Below are positions 1 through 10,954 of a DNA stretch of 64,000 nucleotides, piece by piece (within the stretch, counting starts at the first letter, position 1; each line of letters opens with the position of its first letter). The translations under genes were made by a program, and so were the position numbers. Below the pieces are notes generated by a model, which was not told where the DNA came from, made no database searches, and saw nothing but the letters and a program-made list of their open reading frames with translations. This stretch comes from Macrostomum lignano (Eukaryota), in NCBI GenBank assembly GCA_002269645.1, contig NIVC01000903.1:272459-336458 (forward strand), written 5' to 3'.

Positions 1-41
1 TAAGTAAAACACCTGTAACAGAAATAGTCGAGTAGAGAATC

Positions 42-3000
42 ATGCAGGCACTGTGGCAGCCATTTCTACCGCCAACTGCGCCACCGCAGCCGGCCACTCC
101 GAGTTCGAATGTCGCCCTCGAGTTCGGGGAGAATCCGCAGGCTCGACTGGCTGAAGCCGAGCTGTGGCGCAGGTTCCACCGGCTGGGAACGGAGATGGTG
201 GTGACTCGGGCTGGACGGTGAGACTGGGGTGTGTGATCTATTGCAGACTGGGGTGTGTGATCTATTGCAGACTGGGGTGTGGGATCTATTGCAGACTGGG
301 GTGTGTGATCTATTGCAGACTGGGGTGTGTGATCTATTGCAGACTGGGGTGTGTGATCTATTGCAGACTGGGGTGTGTGATCTATTGCAGACTGGGGTGT
401 GGGATCTATTGCAGACTGGGGTGTGTGATCTATTGCAGACTGGGGTGTGGGATCTATTGCAGACTGGGGTGTGTGATCTATTGCAGACTGGGGTGTGTGA
501 TCTATTGCAGACTGGGGTGTGTGATCTATTGCAGACTGGGGTGTGTGATCTATTGCAGACTGGGGTGTGTGATCTATTGCAGACTGGGGTGTGTGATCTA
601 TTGCAGACTGGGGTATGGGATCTATTGCAGACTGGGGTGTGTGATCTATTGCAGACTGGGGTGTGTGATCTATTGCAGACTGGGGTGTGGGATCTATTGC
701 AGACTGGGGTGTGTGATCTATTGCAGACTGGGGTGTGTGATCTATTGCAGACTGGGGTGTGGGATCTATTGCAGACTGGGGTGTGTGATCTATTGCAGAC
801 TGGGGTGTGTGATCTATTGCAGACTGGGGTGTGGGATCTATTGCAGACTGGGGTGTGTGATCTATTGCAGACTGGGGTGTGTGATCTATTGCAGACTGGG
901 GTGTGGGATCTATTGCAGACTGGGGTGTGTGATCTATTGCAGACTGGGGTGTGTGATCTATTGCAGACTGGGGTGTGGGATCTATTGCAGACTGGGGTGT
1001 GGGATCTATTGCAGACTGGGGTGTGTGATCTATTGCAGACTGGGGTGTGTGATCTATTGCAGACTGGGGTGTGTGATCTATTGCAGACTGGGGTGTGTGA
1101 TCTATTGCAGACTGGGGTGTGTGATCTATTGCAGACTGGGGTGTGTGATCTATTGCAGACTGGGGTGTGGGATCTATTGCAGACTGGGGTGTGTGATCTA
1201 TTGCAGACTGGGGTGTGTGATCTATTGCAGACTGGGGTGTGTGATCTATTGCAGACTGGGGTGTGTGATCTATTGCAGACTGGGGTGTGTGATCTATTGC
1301 AGACTGGGGTGTGTGATCTATTGCAGACTGGGGTGTGGGATCTATTGCAGACTGGGGTGTGTGATCTATTGCAGACTGGGGTGTGTGATCTATTGCAGAC
1401 TGGGGTGTGGGATCTATTGCAGACTGGGGTGTGGGATCTATTGCAGACTGGGGTGTGGGATCTATTGCAGACTGGGGTGTGGGATCTATTGCAGACTGGG
1501 GTGTGGGATCTATTGCAGACTGGGGTGTGGGATCTATTGCAGACTGGGTGTGGGATCTATTGGAAACTGGAGTGTGGGATCCGTAATCGATAATAAAGTG
1601 GGATCTATTGTAGATGGGTGTGAGATCCATTTCAGACTGGGGTATGGGATCTATTTGATACTGGGGTGTGGGATCTATTGAAGGCTGGGTGTGGGGATCT
1701 ATTGAATATTGAGTTGTGGGATCTGTTGGAGACATGGGGTGTGGGATCTGTTGGAGACATGGGGTGTGGGATCTGTTGGAGACATGGGGTGTGGGATCTA
1801 TTGGAGACTGAGACTGGGGTGTAAGATCTATTGTATGCTGGGTGTGGGATCTATTGCAGACTGGGGTGTGGGGATCTATTGCAGACTGGGTTGCGGGATC
1901 TATTGCAGACTGGGGTGTGGGATCTATTTCAGACTGGGGGGTGTAGGATCTATTGCAGACTGGGTTGTGGGGATCTATTGTATGCTGGGTGTGGGATCTA
2001 GTTTATACTGGGGGTAGGCTCTATTGGACACTGGGGTATGGGATCTATTGAGAGTGAAGTGTGGGATCTATTGCAGACTGGGTGTGGGATCTATTGGAGC
2101 AGCACCGGGTGTGGGATCTATTTGATACTGGGGTGTGGGATCTATTTGATACTGGGGTGTGGGATCTATTGGATACTGGGGTATGGGATCTATTGGAGAC
2201 TGGAGTGTGGGATCTGTAATCGATAATAGAGTGGAATCTATGGCTAATCCAGTGGGATGTATTGAAACTTACTTCGATTCTACTGCCCCAAATTGCATTT
2301 CCCATTGGCCCCTACCAGCCGGATGTTCCCGGCATTCAAGGTGTCCCTGACGCACCTGGAGCCGGACGCCAGCTACTCGGTGCTGCTCGAGGCGGCCGTC
2401 CAAGGCGACGCTGCTCGGCACCGATTCGTCGGCGGCGCCTGGACGGTATCGCCGACAACGCTGAAAAAGGCGTCACCGAGCCGCCGACCCCGTCCAGTTC
2501 GAGCGCACCCGGACAGCCCGGCTCCTGGCCGGCACTGGATGGCCAGGCCCGTGTCCTTCCACCGGCTGAAGCTGACTAATAGCGAGGAGCAGGCCGACAG
2601 GCTGGGTCACGTGAGAGACCATTGGGGGTCGCGTGATATGGGAACTGATCACGTGATTATGAAATGGCCAATAATTGGTCAATCAAGTAGAAAATGTCTC
2701 GTGATGTGGATATGAATTATTCTCGTTTACCTAAGTTAGCGCCAACCATAGCCCCAACCATAGCCTCAACCATAGCCCCAACCATAGCCCCAACCATAGC
2801 CCCAACCATAGCCCCAACCATAGCCTCAGCCATAGCCCCAACCATAGCCCCAACCATAGCCCCAACCATAGCCTCAGCCATAGCCCCAACCATAGCCCCA
2901 ATCATAGCCTCAACCATAGCCCCAACCATAGCCCCAACCATAGCCCCAACCATAGCCCCAACCATAGCCTCAACCATAGCCCCAACCATAGCCTCAGCCA

Positions 3001-4675
3001 TAGCCTCAGCCATAGCCTCAACCATAGCCCCAACCATAGCCCCAACCATAGCCTCAGCCATAGCCCCAACCATAGCCCCAACCATAGCCCCAACCATAGC
3101 CTCAGCCATAGCCCCAACCATAGCCCCAACCATAGCCCCAACCATAGCCCCAACCATAGCCTCAGCCATAGCCCCAACCATAGCCCCAATCATAGCCTCA
3201 ACCATAGCCCCAACCATAGCCCCAACCATAGCCCCAACCATAGCCCCAACCATAGCCCCAACCATAGCCTCAGCCATAGCCTCAGCCATAGCCTCAACCA
3301 TAGCCCCAACCATAGCCCCAACCATAGCCTCAGCCATAGCCCCAACCATAGCCCCAACCATAGCCCCAACCATAGCCCCAACCATAGCCTCAGCCATAGC
3401 CCCAACCATAGCCCCAATCATAGCCTCAGCCATAGCCTCAGCCATAGCCTCAGCCATAGCCCCAACTATAGCCCCAACCCCAACCCTCGCCGCTCAGCTG
3501 GCCCTGCCCAGCATGCGCCGGTATTGCCTGAAGCTTCACCTGGTCCGACTGGACAATCGGGGAGCGCCAGAGCCTCTCGGCTGGCACAGCTTCACGTTCA
3601 AGGAGACCGAGTTCATTGCCGTCACAGCCTATCAGAACGAGAAGGTTAGTGAGCATGCTCTGCGTGATGTGGCAGATGCGGACAGATTCTGTGCAAGTTT
3701 GCCCGATTTCACTTCCAGCCATTTGTCTGCCACAAATTGGACTCCGACACTAACTTTAACCGACTGAGCAGTCGGTTTGTTGGCACTGAAATACTGGCAC
3801 TGAAATACTGGCACTGAAATAGTGGCACTGAAATACTGGCACTGAAATACTGGCACTGAAATAGTGGCACTGAAATACTGGCACTGAAATAGTGGCACTG
3901 AAATACTGGCACTGAAATAGTGGCACTGAAATACTGGCACTGAAATACTGGCACTGAAATAGTGGCACTGAAATACTAGAACTGAAAAACTGGCACTGAA
4001 ATACTGGCACTGAAATACTGGCACTGAGATAGTGGCACTGAAATAGTGGCACTGAAATACTGGCACTGAGATAGTGGCACTGAAATAGTGGCACTGAAAT
4101 AGTGGCACTGAAATAGTGGCACTGAAATAGTGGCACTGAAATAGTGGCACTGAAATAGTGGCACTGAAATAGTGGCACTGAAATAGTGGCACTGAAATAG
4201 TGGCACTGAAATAGTGGCACTGAAATAGTGGCACTGAAATAGTGGCACTGAAATAGTGGCACTGAAATAGTTCCATCCTTCGCCGTTTCCTACCCACAGA
4301 TCACCCGATTAAAGATCGATCACAATCCCTTCGCAAGGGGATTCCGCAGCGATCCAACAACATCAGGCTCAGGGTAAGAATTATTAATCTCGTCTCATTA
4401 AAGGTTACTTGAATTTTCTTCAAGATGCAAATCGATTTAGGTTAATTTTAAGAACTTCAATCATTTTTCGTGAAACTCAATTTTCCCAAGCAAAGACTTT
4501 TTGCATGTTTAGGTCCTCAGTCTGAAGAAATGCTTGGCTGTTTTATAACAACTCTTTCAGAGAGAATAATGCAGAGCGTGCCAGCAGCAAGAGCGGCATG
4601 GTTGTCAGGCAAAAATTCGAACTCTCGGGAAGGTCGGCCGGGTTCACCATCGATCAGCTGCTGCGATCTGGCTGA
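42..4675 (+). CDS. T-box transcription factor, 5 exons, 267 aa, with C-terminal eh1-like motif (Tbx6/Dorsocross- or Tbx2/3-like; subfamily unresolved)
   Basis: Exons 42-217, 2319-2610, 3498-3644, 4300-4373 and 4561-4675 all have GT-AG ends and compatible phases (804 nt). In-frame stop at 33-35 precedes the ATG. T-box motifs: [78 protein letters not shown]. Protein ends FTIDQLLRSG*. Confidence 0.93.
221..2255. repeat. 24-bp minisatellite (GACTGGGGTGTGTGATCTATTGCA) in T-box intron 1
   Basis: About 55 near-perfect copies to ~1560, then degenerate copies. Explains the RLGCVIYC and CDLLQTGV ORFs. Confidence 0.97.
2741..3485. repeat. 12-bp minisatellite (CCAACCATAGCC) in T-box intron 2
   Basis: About 60 tandem copies with CCTCAG/CCCCAA variants. 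Confidence 0.97.
3781..4270. repeat. 14-bp minisatellite (TGGCACTGAAATA[C/G]) in T-box intron 3
   Basis: About 35 tandem copies. Confidence 0.97.
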
Positions 4676-5254
4676 CCCAGTTGAACTCACTACTAGCATT
4701 GTTTGAACACTGATGACACCAAAACATTTTTTATAACCCCGAAACCTCACCAATGCGACTGTGACCTGTCAAGTCTTGAACCCTAATTCACGCCATGTGG
4801 TCTCACAGCAAATGCTTTTCCATATTGGCTTGCCGGCCAAAGCACTGATAAAACGGGCCAAAACGCCCACCCGCCTTAACAAGTAGAGGTAATTTTATTA
4901 TCTTGGAATGCAACAAACTTAATAGAAATTATTCCAATATCGAAGGCTTCTGAATGTGTATGCATGAAGGATCGGGGGTGCATTGGCGGCCAATCTCAAA
5001 GGTGAGTGATTGAGTGTCCTAGTCTTATTTATCTTTGTTGCTAATTTCACACTCTCCAAAACTGGCCCCGGAGTGTGAAATGTGTGGTTGAGGCTAAGCC
5101 ACTCTTATCGCCACCTCTTATAAAGCGAACAGGGTCTTTAAATTTAACTTTGCCAATTAAAAATTAGATTATAAATGCTAGTAGCTGTGCGCAACTCTAT
5201 AGTGATTGTTTATACTCTGGAAAGGGGACGCTCTTACCTCACATGAGCTTTCAT

Positions 5255-5931
5255 GTGACCTGGCAAGGGGTAGCTCATCTCTCTTCATAGCATGAGCTGC
5301 AGTGTTCTCAGTGACCTGGCAAGGGGTAGCTCATCTCTCTTCATAGCATGAGCTGCAGTGTTCTCAGTGACCCGGCAAGGGGTAGCTCATCTCTCTTCAT
5401 GGCATGAGCTGCAGTGTTCTCAGTGACCCGGCAAGGGGTAGCTCATCTCTCTTCATAGCATGAGCTGCAGTGTTCTCAGTGACCTGGCAAGGGGTAGCTC
5501 ATCTCTCTTCATAGCATGAGCTGCAGTGTTCTCAGTGACCCGGCAAGGGGTAGCTCATCTCTCTTCATAGCATGAGCTGCAGTGTTCTCAGTGACCTGGC
5601 AAGGGGTAGCTCATCTCTCTTCATGGCATGAGCTGCAGTGTTCTCAGTGACCCGGCAAGGGGTAGCTCATCTCTCTTCATAGCATGAGCTGCAGTGTTCT
5701 CAGTGACCCGGCAAGGGGTAGCTCATCTCTCTTCATAGCATGAGCTGCAGTGTTCTCAGTGACCTGGCAAGGGGTAGCTCATCTCTCTTCATAGCATGAG
5801 CTGCAGTGTTCTCAGTGACCCGGCAAGGGGTAGCTCATCTCTCTTCATAGCATGAGCTGCAGTGTTCTCAGTGACCCGGCAAGGGGTAGCTCATCTCTCT
5901 TCATAGCATGAGCTGCAGTGTTCTCAGTGAC
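5255..5931. repeat. 56-bp tandem repeat, ~12 copies
   Basis: Unit GTGACC[T/C]GGCAAGGGGTAGCTCATCTCTCTTCATAGCATGAGCTGCAGTGTTCTCA; starts at 5255, 5311 and onward. Confidence 0.97.
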
Positions 5932-6843
5932 TATATGCAAATAAACTTATTTTAATTCTGCTATTTTAACACTAAGACAGAGTTATGAAACGTAAGAATT
6001 TGTTTTAAATTTTGCCATCGTGGAGAAGTTTATTGAGTACTTTTGGGGGGGGCTTGATGTAGTACCGTTGTGTCGGCCCGGAGAAATTGGATTGGTACAT
6101 CTAGGAAAGTGGATAAATTAGTTTCGAAAAATGGAGAAATCAGACAATAAAATGTAAATTATCTTTTTAAATTTACGTCAACCAAAAAACAAAAAAATAG
6201 AATCCGAAACTGATCAGACAATAAATTCCTTGTCAAAAATAAGTGGAGTTGCACAGAGTCTTCTGGAGAAGGCCAATGACTGGGATAGTACCACGATGAA
6301 ACTGTAGTCACCATATTAAACATCAATAATATAAAAAGCGTATTAAATTTCGGCGGGTGAGTAAAATGAGAAAAAAGCAACTAATAAGCTGAGATATGGT
6401 TGAATAACATAACAAAGTGAGGCAATTTTCTGATAAGAATAAAGCATTCAAACAACCATTGGAGACAGTCGAAAGCAGAGAATTAATATAATTTTTAGAG
6501 AAATCATTTGTAAGAGATTCAATTTAGACTACTGAGAAAAGTAGACGAATAAAAATTTGAATCGGTAATCTCTCAAATAGCCTGAAAAATGTCGCCATAA
6601 AACAAATGGCTTTATGACTGACGAAGGCAAACAAATCAGAAACCGGGTCTGCTTGCGACCTCCAATTTTAGTGTATCACATAGTTCTTGAATTGCATCAG
6701 GCTTTTCAGAACATTAAAAACATCAGCTCTATATTTAGTACATATGGACTAGATATTTAATTCAACCAAAATTCTCGATTCCCGAGTGCTCAATCATAAT
6801 TATATTGGACCTCCATCGCCAACCAATCCATCCGTACCTTGTA

Positions 6844-9588
6844 TCAGTCGAACGGGCTGACGCACTGGCAGAGCGCGTAGTTATTCTCCGATTCGGCTTT
6901 GTCGTTGAACACAACGCCTGACTTCTCCAGCACCATGCGATTCTGGTTCACGTCGTTGTCGGGATCGTCCGAGTCCCACAGCGAGCTGCTCATGTTCACG
7001 GGCAGGCCGGAGCCCAGCCACAGCCAGCCCTGGTCCGGCTCCACGCTGCCAGGCGGCTGGAAGGCGTTCAGCCAGGCGTGATCGGACCACGGATAGCCGC
7101 CCATGGTGGCAGCGTGGTCCATGTCCTGGCGGTCCACCAGCTCAGCCAGGCGGGACAGGCCTCCGAGCGACTTGCAGTGGGTCTGCATGGGAAAGTTGGC
7201 AACTTTTATTTGTTTATTTACTTTGGAGTCTGACTAAGAATTTATCACGAGACTCTTGATGCCAGGACTTATTACTCGTACTATACTCAACAACATTAAA
7301 AAGTCACCACCTGTGAGAGTGCGCAGTAAATTCCAGCTCAGTACTGACTTATGAGTGACGCAACTTGCGCCACGCGACGCAGAGTTGGGCTGGGTGAGGA
7401 GGATTGGGAAGAGTGGAGTGCGAAGATTGGATGGATTGAAGCTTCCGCTCTGTTTTCATTGTTTTTTCAAGCATGTTTTAATATCAAAATGGTTGACCAA
7501 GTGATAGACACTGGTCGAAAGACACTGCTCACTGGGGCAAAGGGTGGCGACTGTTCAATGTTGCTGAGTATAATTACCTGTTTCTGCTCAACTGCACCAT
7601 TGCAAATATTAGCTAACCTTAAACATCCATTTCTGCCACATGGAGCTGGCACCAGACAGATGCTAAACGACTACCTGATCTGCCAACCATGAGTGATCCC
7701 ATTGGGACGGACAGTTTGATATCAAATGTCAGCTGCTCGGGAAGTTAGTCAGCTGGAAATGATAAACATGTTTTAGATGACAACTCAAGGACGACTTAAG
7801 TATAACTACCTGCAGCTTTATAATTGACTCATTGTTTGTTTTGCCAACGTTTCAATCTGAATCAGCTGAATCAATCGTTTCTTGAACCGATACTCGTAAA
7901 GCAATTTGATAACAAAGCCTTTATGGCATTCGCATAGTTATATTTTCCAGAAATTTACAAGCTAAAAGATACTCTCTAGGATGTACTTTTGCAGAAATTC
8001 TATCTGCCAACAGGAGCCCCAGCAAGGCATACACTGCCCTATTTTGGTTATGAGCGCATTGAAGAACTCACAAGAGGGCTGATATGGTTTAGCTCAACTT
8101 AATAGAAGCATTATCCGACTAGCTAAAATTTCTGTCTGTTGATTTCAATGGTTAGCTGAGCTGTCAGGAGCAGAAGTACAGAGCATTCAAGAGCAAGATA
8201 TTGTATTTTCTTTCTTCATAGCTGCTCTTCAGCTTGCTCTTAACCTTGGCTGAGAATACGAGGTATTTCCTATTTGGTGAAAAATTGCCCCCTTGATAAG
8301 AGGCTGAGCAGCCCAGTTCAGAATGGAGACAAATGAGCTTTATTTAGTCAAAGCGAAATGGGCAGATCAGCTCAGTGGTAAACGCATTTGACACGGTCTT
8401 TGGTTCGATTCCGTGCTCAAACACATTCACATTGCCTTGGGCTTGTGTGCTTGTGTGTGTGGTCAAGGTCAAGAAAGTCAGGGCTGCTGTACACCCTGTG
8501 TGAGCGTGTGTTTGAGTGCTCAGGAGTCAGCGGAATGTACAGAATTGCCGTCAGCTCTGGTTGTGGGACCGATGCCGCCGAAGTCGTAGCGCCAGGGATG
8601 CCCCACAGCCCCTCCTACAAATATGATTATGATTTTATTATTATCTAGAAATTACACATCGACGCAGAGACGAACTTCACAAGCTTGAAAGTTACCAAAA
8701 TTTTTTGTTTTTCGACGATGTCAAGTTTTGAGCTTATGAACTTTCGAGCTTGTGAAACGCCCTCACCCAGGTAGTACTCTATGAAGAGGCACGGCGCCTC
8801 AGCAGATGAACTGCGCCTCTGCCTTGGAAAGCCTTGCAACCAGAGCACTGAGATCAGTGAGACAACTGCAACCAGAGCACTGAGATCAGTGAGACAACTG
8901 CAACCAGAGCACTGAGATCAGTGAGACAACTGCAACCAGAGCACTGAGATCAGTGAGACAACTGCAATTAGAGCACTGAGATCAGTGAGACAACTGCAAC
9001 CAGAGCACTGAGATCAGTGAGACAACTGCAATTAGAGCACTGAGATCAGTGAGACAACTGCAGCAATCCTATTAAAATCATTCGTTCTGAACTATCAGCA
9101 GCAATTAGTAAAGCTACTAGTTAGTTTTCACATTTGTTCACACTCACGCTGGCCTGCTCCCAGGTGAAGCTGCTCTTCTCCAGCTTGAACTTCGTGCCGA
9201 ACAAGTCGAAGCCGAAGCCCGAGCCGCACAGAGCGCCCGGCTGCACCGCGCCGCCCACGTTGCGGACGAAGACGTCGGCCGTCCGATTCGGACACGGCGT
9301 CACCGACCGGACGCGCCGGCTGAACGCGCCAAAGTTGAATCTGCGACAGCGAGCCGGAGCAGTCAGGATGGCGAAGGCCATGCAGGTGGGCAACTTGGCG
9401 CACGCGAACGAGCAGGACTTCGGATCGCTGACGCCTGACAGGTCGGGCATCGCAAAGCGAGGATCGATGCAGTCGAGCACCTGCGTGCTCACGCGGGTGA
9501 AGGTCGCCTTCTCCGAGCAGCCGGTCGATAAGTCGGCGGCAGCCTGGGAGATGCAGAGAAGCAGCTGGGCGAGAAGAGCGGCGCGCAT
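6844..9588 (-). CDS. Secreted PAN/apple + C-type lectin-like protein, copy A (2 coding exons, 259 aa)
   Basis: Exons 9588-9148 and 7182-6844, phase-0 GT-AG intron; upstream acceptor TTTTCAG at 9664. Signal-like MRAALLAQLLLCISQAAA; PAN core SCSFACAKLPTCMAFAILTAPARCRRF; CLEC motifs TWEQA/THCKSLGG..LAEL, AWL, WLW, LW..DDPDN, FND, YALCQ. Confidence 0.85.
8360..8532 (+). mobile_element. tRNA-derived SINE, family 2 (degenerate copy)
   Basis: A-box-like CAGCTCAGTGG, B-box GGTTCGATTCC (8402-8412); body GGGCTGCTGTACACCCTGTGTGAGCGTG is shared with 33824-34025. Confidence 0.55.
8836..9062. repeat. 32-bp minisatellite, ~7 copies, in the copy A intron
   Basis: Unit GCAACCAGAGCACTGAGATCAGTGAGACAACT. Confidence 0.95.
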
Positions 9589-9968
9589 GCTGGAGTGGCA
9601 GGCTGGAGCAGCGGCAGAGGCTTGGGCGGCAACCGGAGGCTGGCGAGGACCGGCGCATTTAAGCTGAAAACGCGGAATAGGAGGGGGAGAGAAGGGAGGG
9701 TAGGGCAGCGGAGAGTAAACTAGATTGGCTGCCCTCAGTTGAGCAACAAGCAGAGCAGTGCCAGCAGCCATTTCAACAAGTGGTTGCTATGGGTAACAAA
9801 AAACAAATTGCTGCGTCTGGTATCCCTCCCCCGCGCCGGCTTGTCTCTAGCTATACATTTACAATATCTAACTGCCCATCTCAGCACCTCTGTTAATTGG
9901 CGTGCACTTAGAATAGCCCAGTGAGACTTCTTTCTCTTTAAACGGTTTTTGGTTTGACATATTGAGAT

Positions 9969-10240
9969 AGATAGTGACATACCATAGATAGTGACATACC
10001 ATGGATAGTGACATACCATAGATAGTGACATACCATAGATAGTGACATACCATAGATAGTGACATACCATGGATAGTGACATAGACAATGACATACCCTG
10101 GATAGTGACATACTACAGATGGTGACATACTATATAGATAGTGACATACTACAGATGGTGACATACTATAGAAAGTGACATACCATAGCTGATAGGGACA
10201 TAAATACTGACATACGAGATAGATAGATAGATAGTAGATA
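9969..10240. repeat. 17-bp minisatellite (GATAGTGACATACCATA) followed by short (GATA)n
   Basis: About 13 copies, degenerating rightwards. Confidence 0.9.
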
Positions 10241-10954
10241 GCGAGAAAGAGCGAGCGAAGCGAGCTCTTTCGAGCTTGCTTGCCGCAGCCAATCAAGCTG
10301 AATGCACGCACACAAGATCACCGGAAACGATTAAGGTAGCTGGAAAGCCAATGGGCGCGGTAAGCGCTTTTATCCAGAGGAACTACCTGCTGGAACCAGC
10401 CATGCCGAACGAAAATCAGTCTACTCAAGTAGTGCAAAAGAGTAGCATGAGAACTTGGAGTAGCCACAGTACATCACTTTCAATAACTTTTACACATCAA
10501 ATCTAGTGAAGTGGAATCAATTACTTTTACTGTATTTAACTTCAATGTCGTTAACTTAAAAAAGTTCAATAATTTGGTTACTGTATGCAGGTCTAGTAAA
10601 GGATTTTACATTCCAGAGTATCGCTCAAAGTCGCCTTGACTGCATACATAATTCATGCCTAATTAACGACGCCTGCGAAGCCAGCCACTCAAGCGGTGCG
10701 CCTTCATTCAGTGTCTGGGAGAGGAGACGATGAAGTCGTTGAGAGAGCCTGGAAGATTGCCTCTCCTGGGTGGGACCTACAGGTAAGAAATATTGCCCGT
10801 TGGCTGCTGACTAACGCTCCTTTCATTCGTTGATTTTTATAAAAAACCTACACACATCAATCCAACCGTGACTATTGATTTAGTTCACAGATACGAGAGA
10901 GCAATGTTATACTGTAAAAGCTGAATAGATTACCTGATCATGAAATAATTTACT

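Noticed and set aside
164-1681. 505-aa and 454-aa Cys-rich repeat ORFs
   Set aside because: These are stop-free frames of a 24-bp intronic minisatellite; the real frame leaves at the GT donor at 218.
5255-5931. CRISPR-like appearance of regular 30-80-bp repeats (also 8836, 21960, 60160)
   Set aside because: There are no unique spacers and no cas genes, and the context is eukaryotic.
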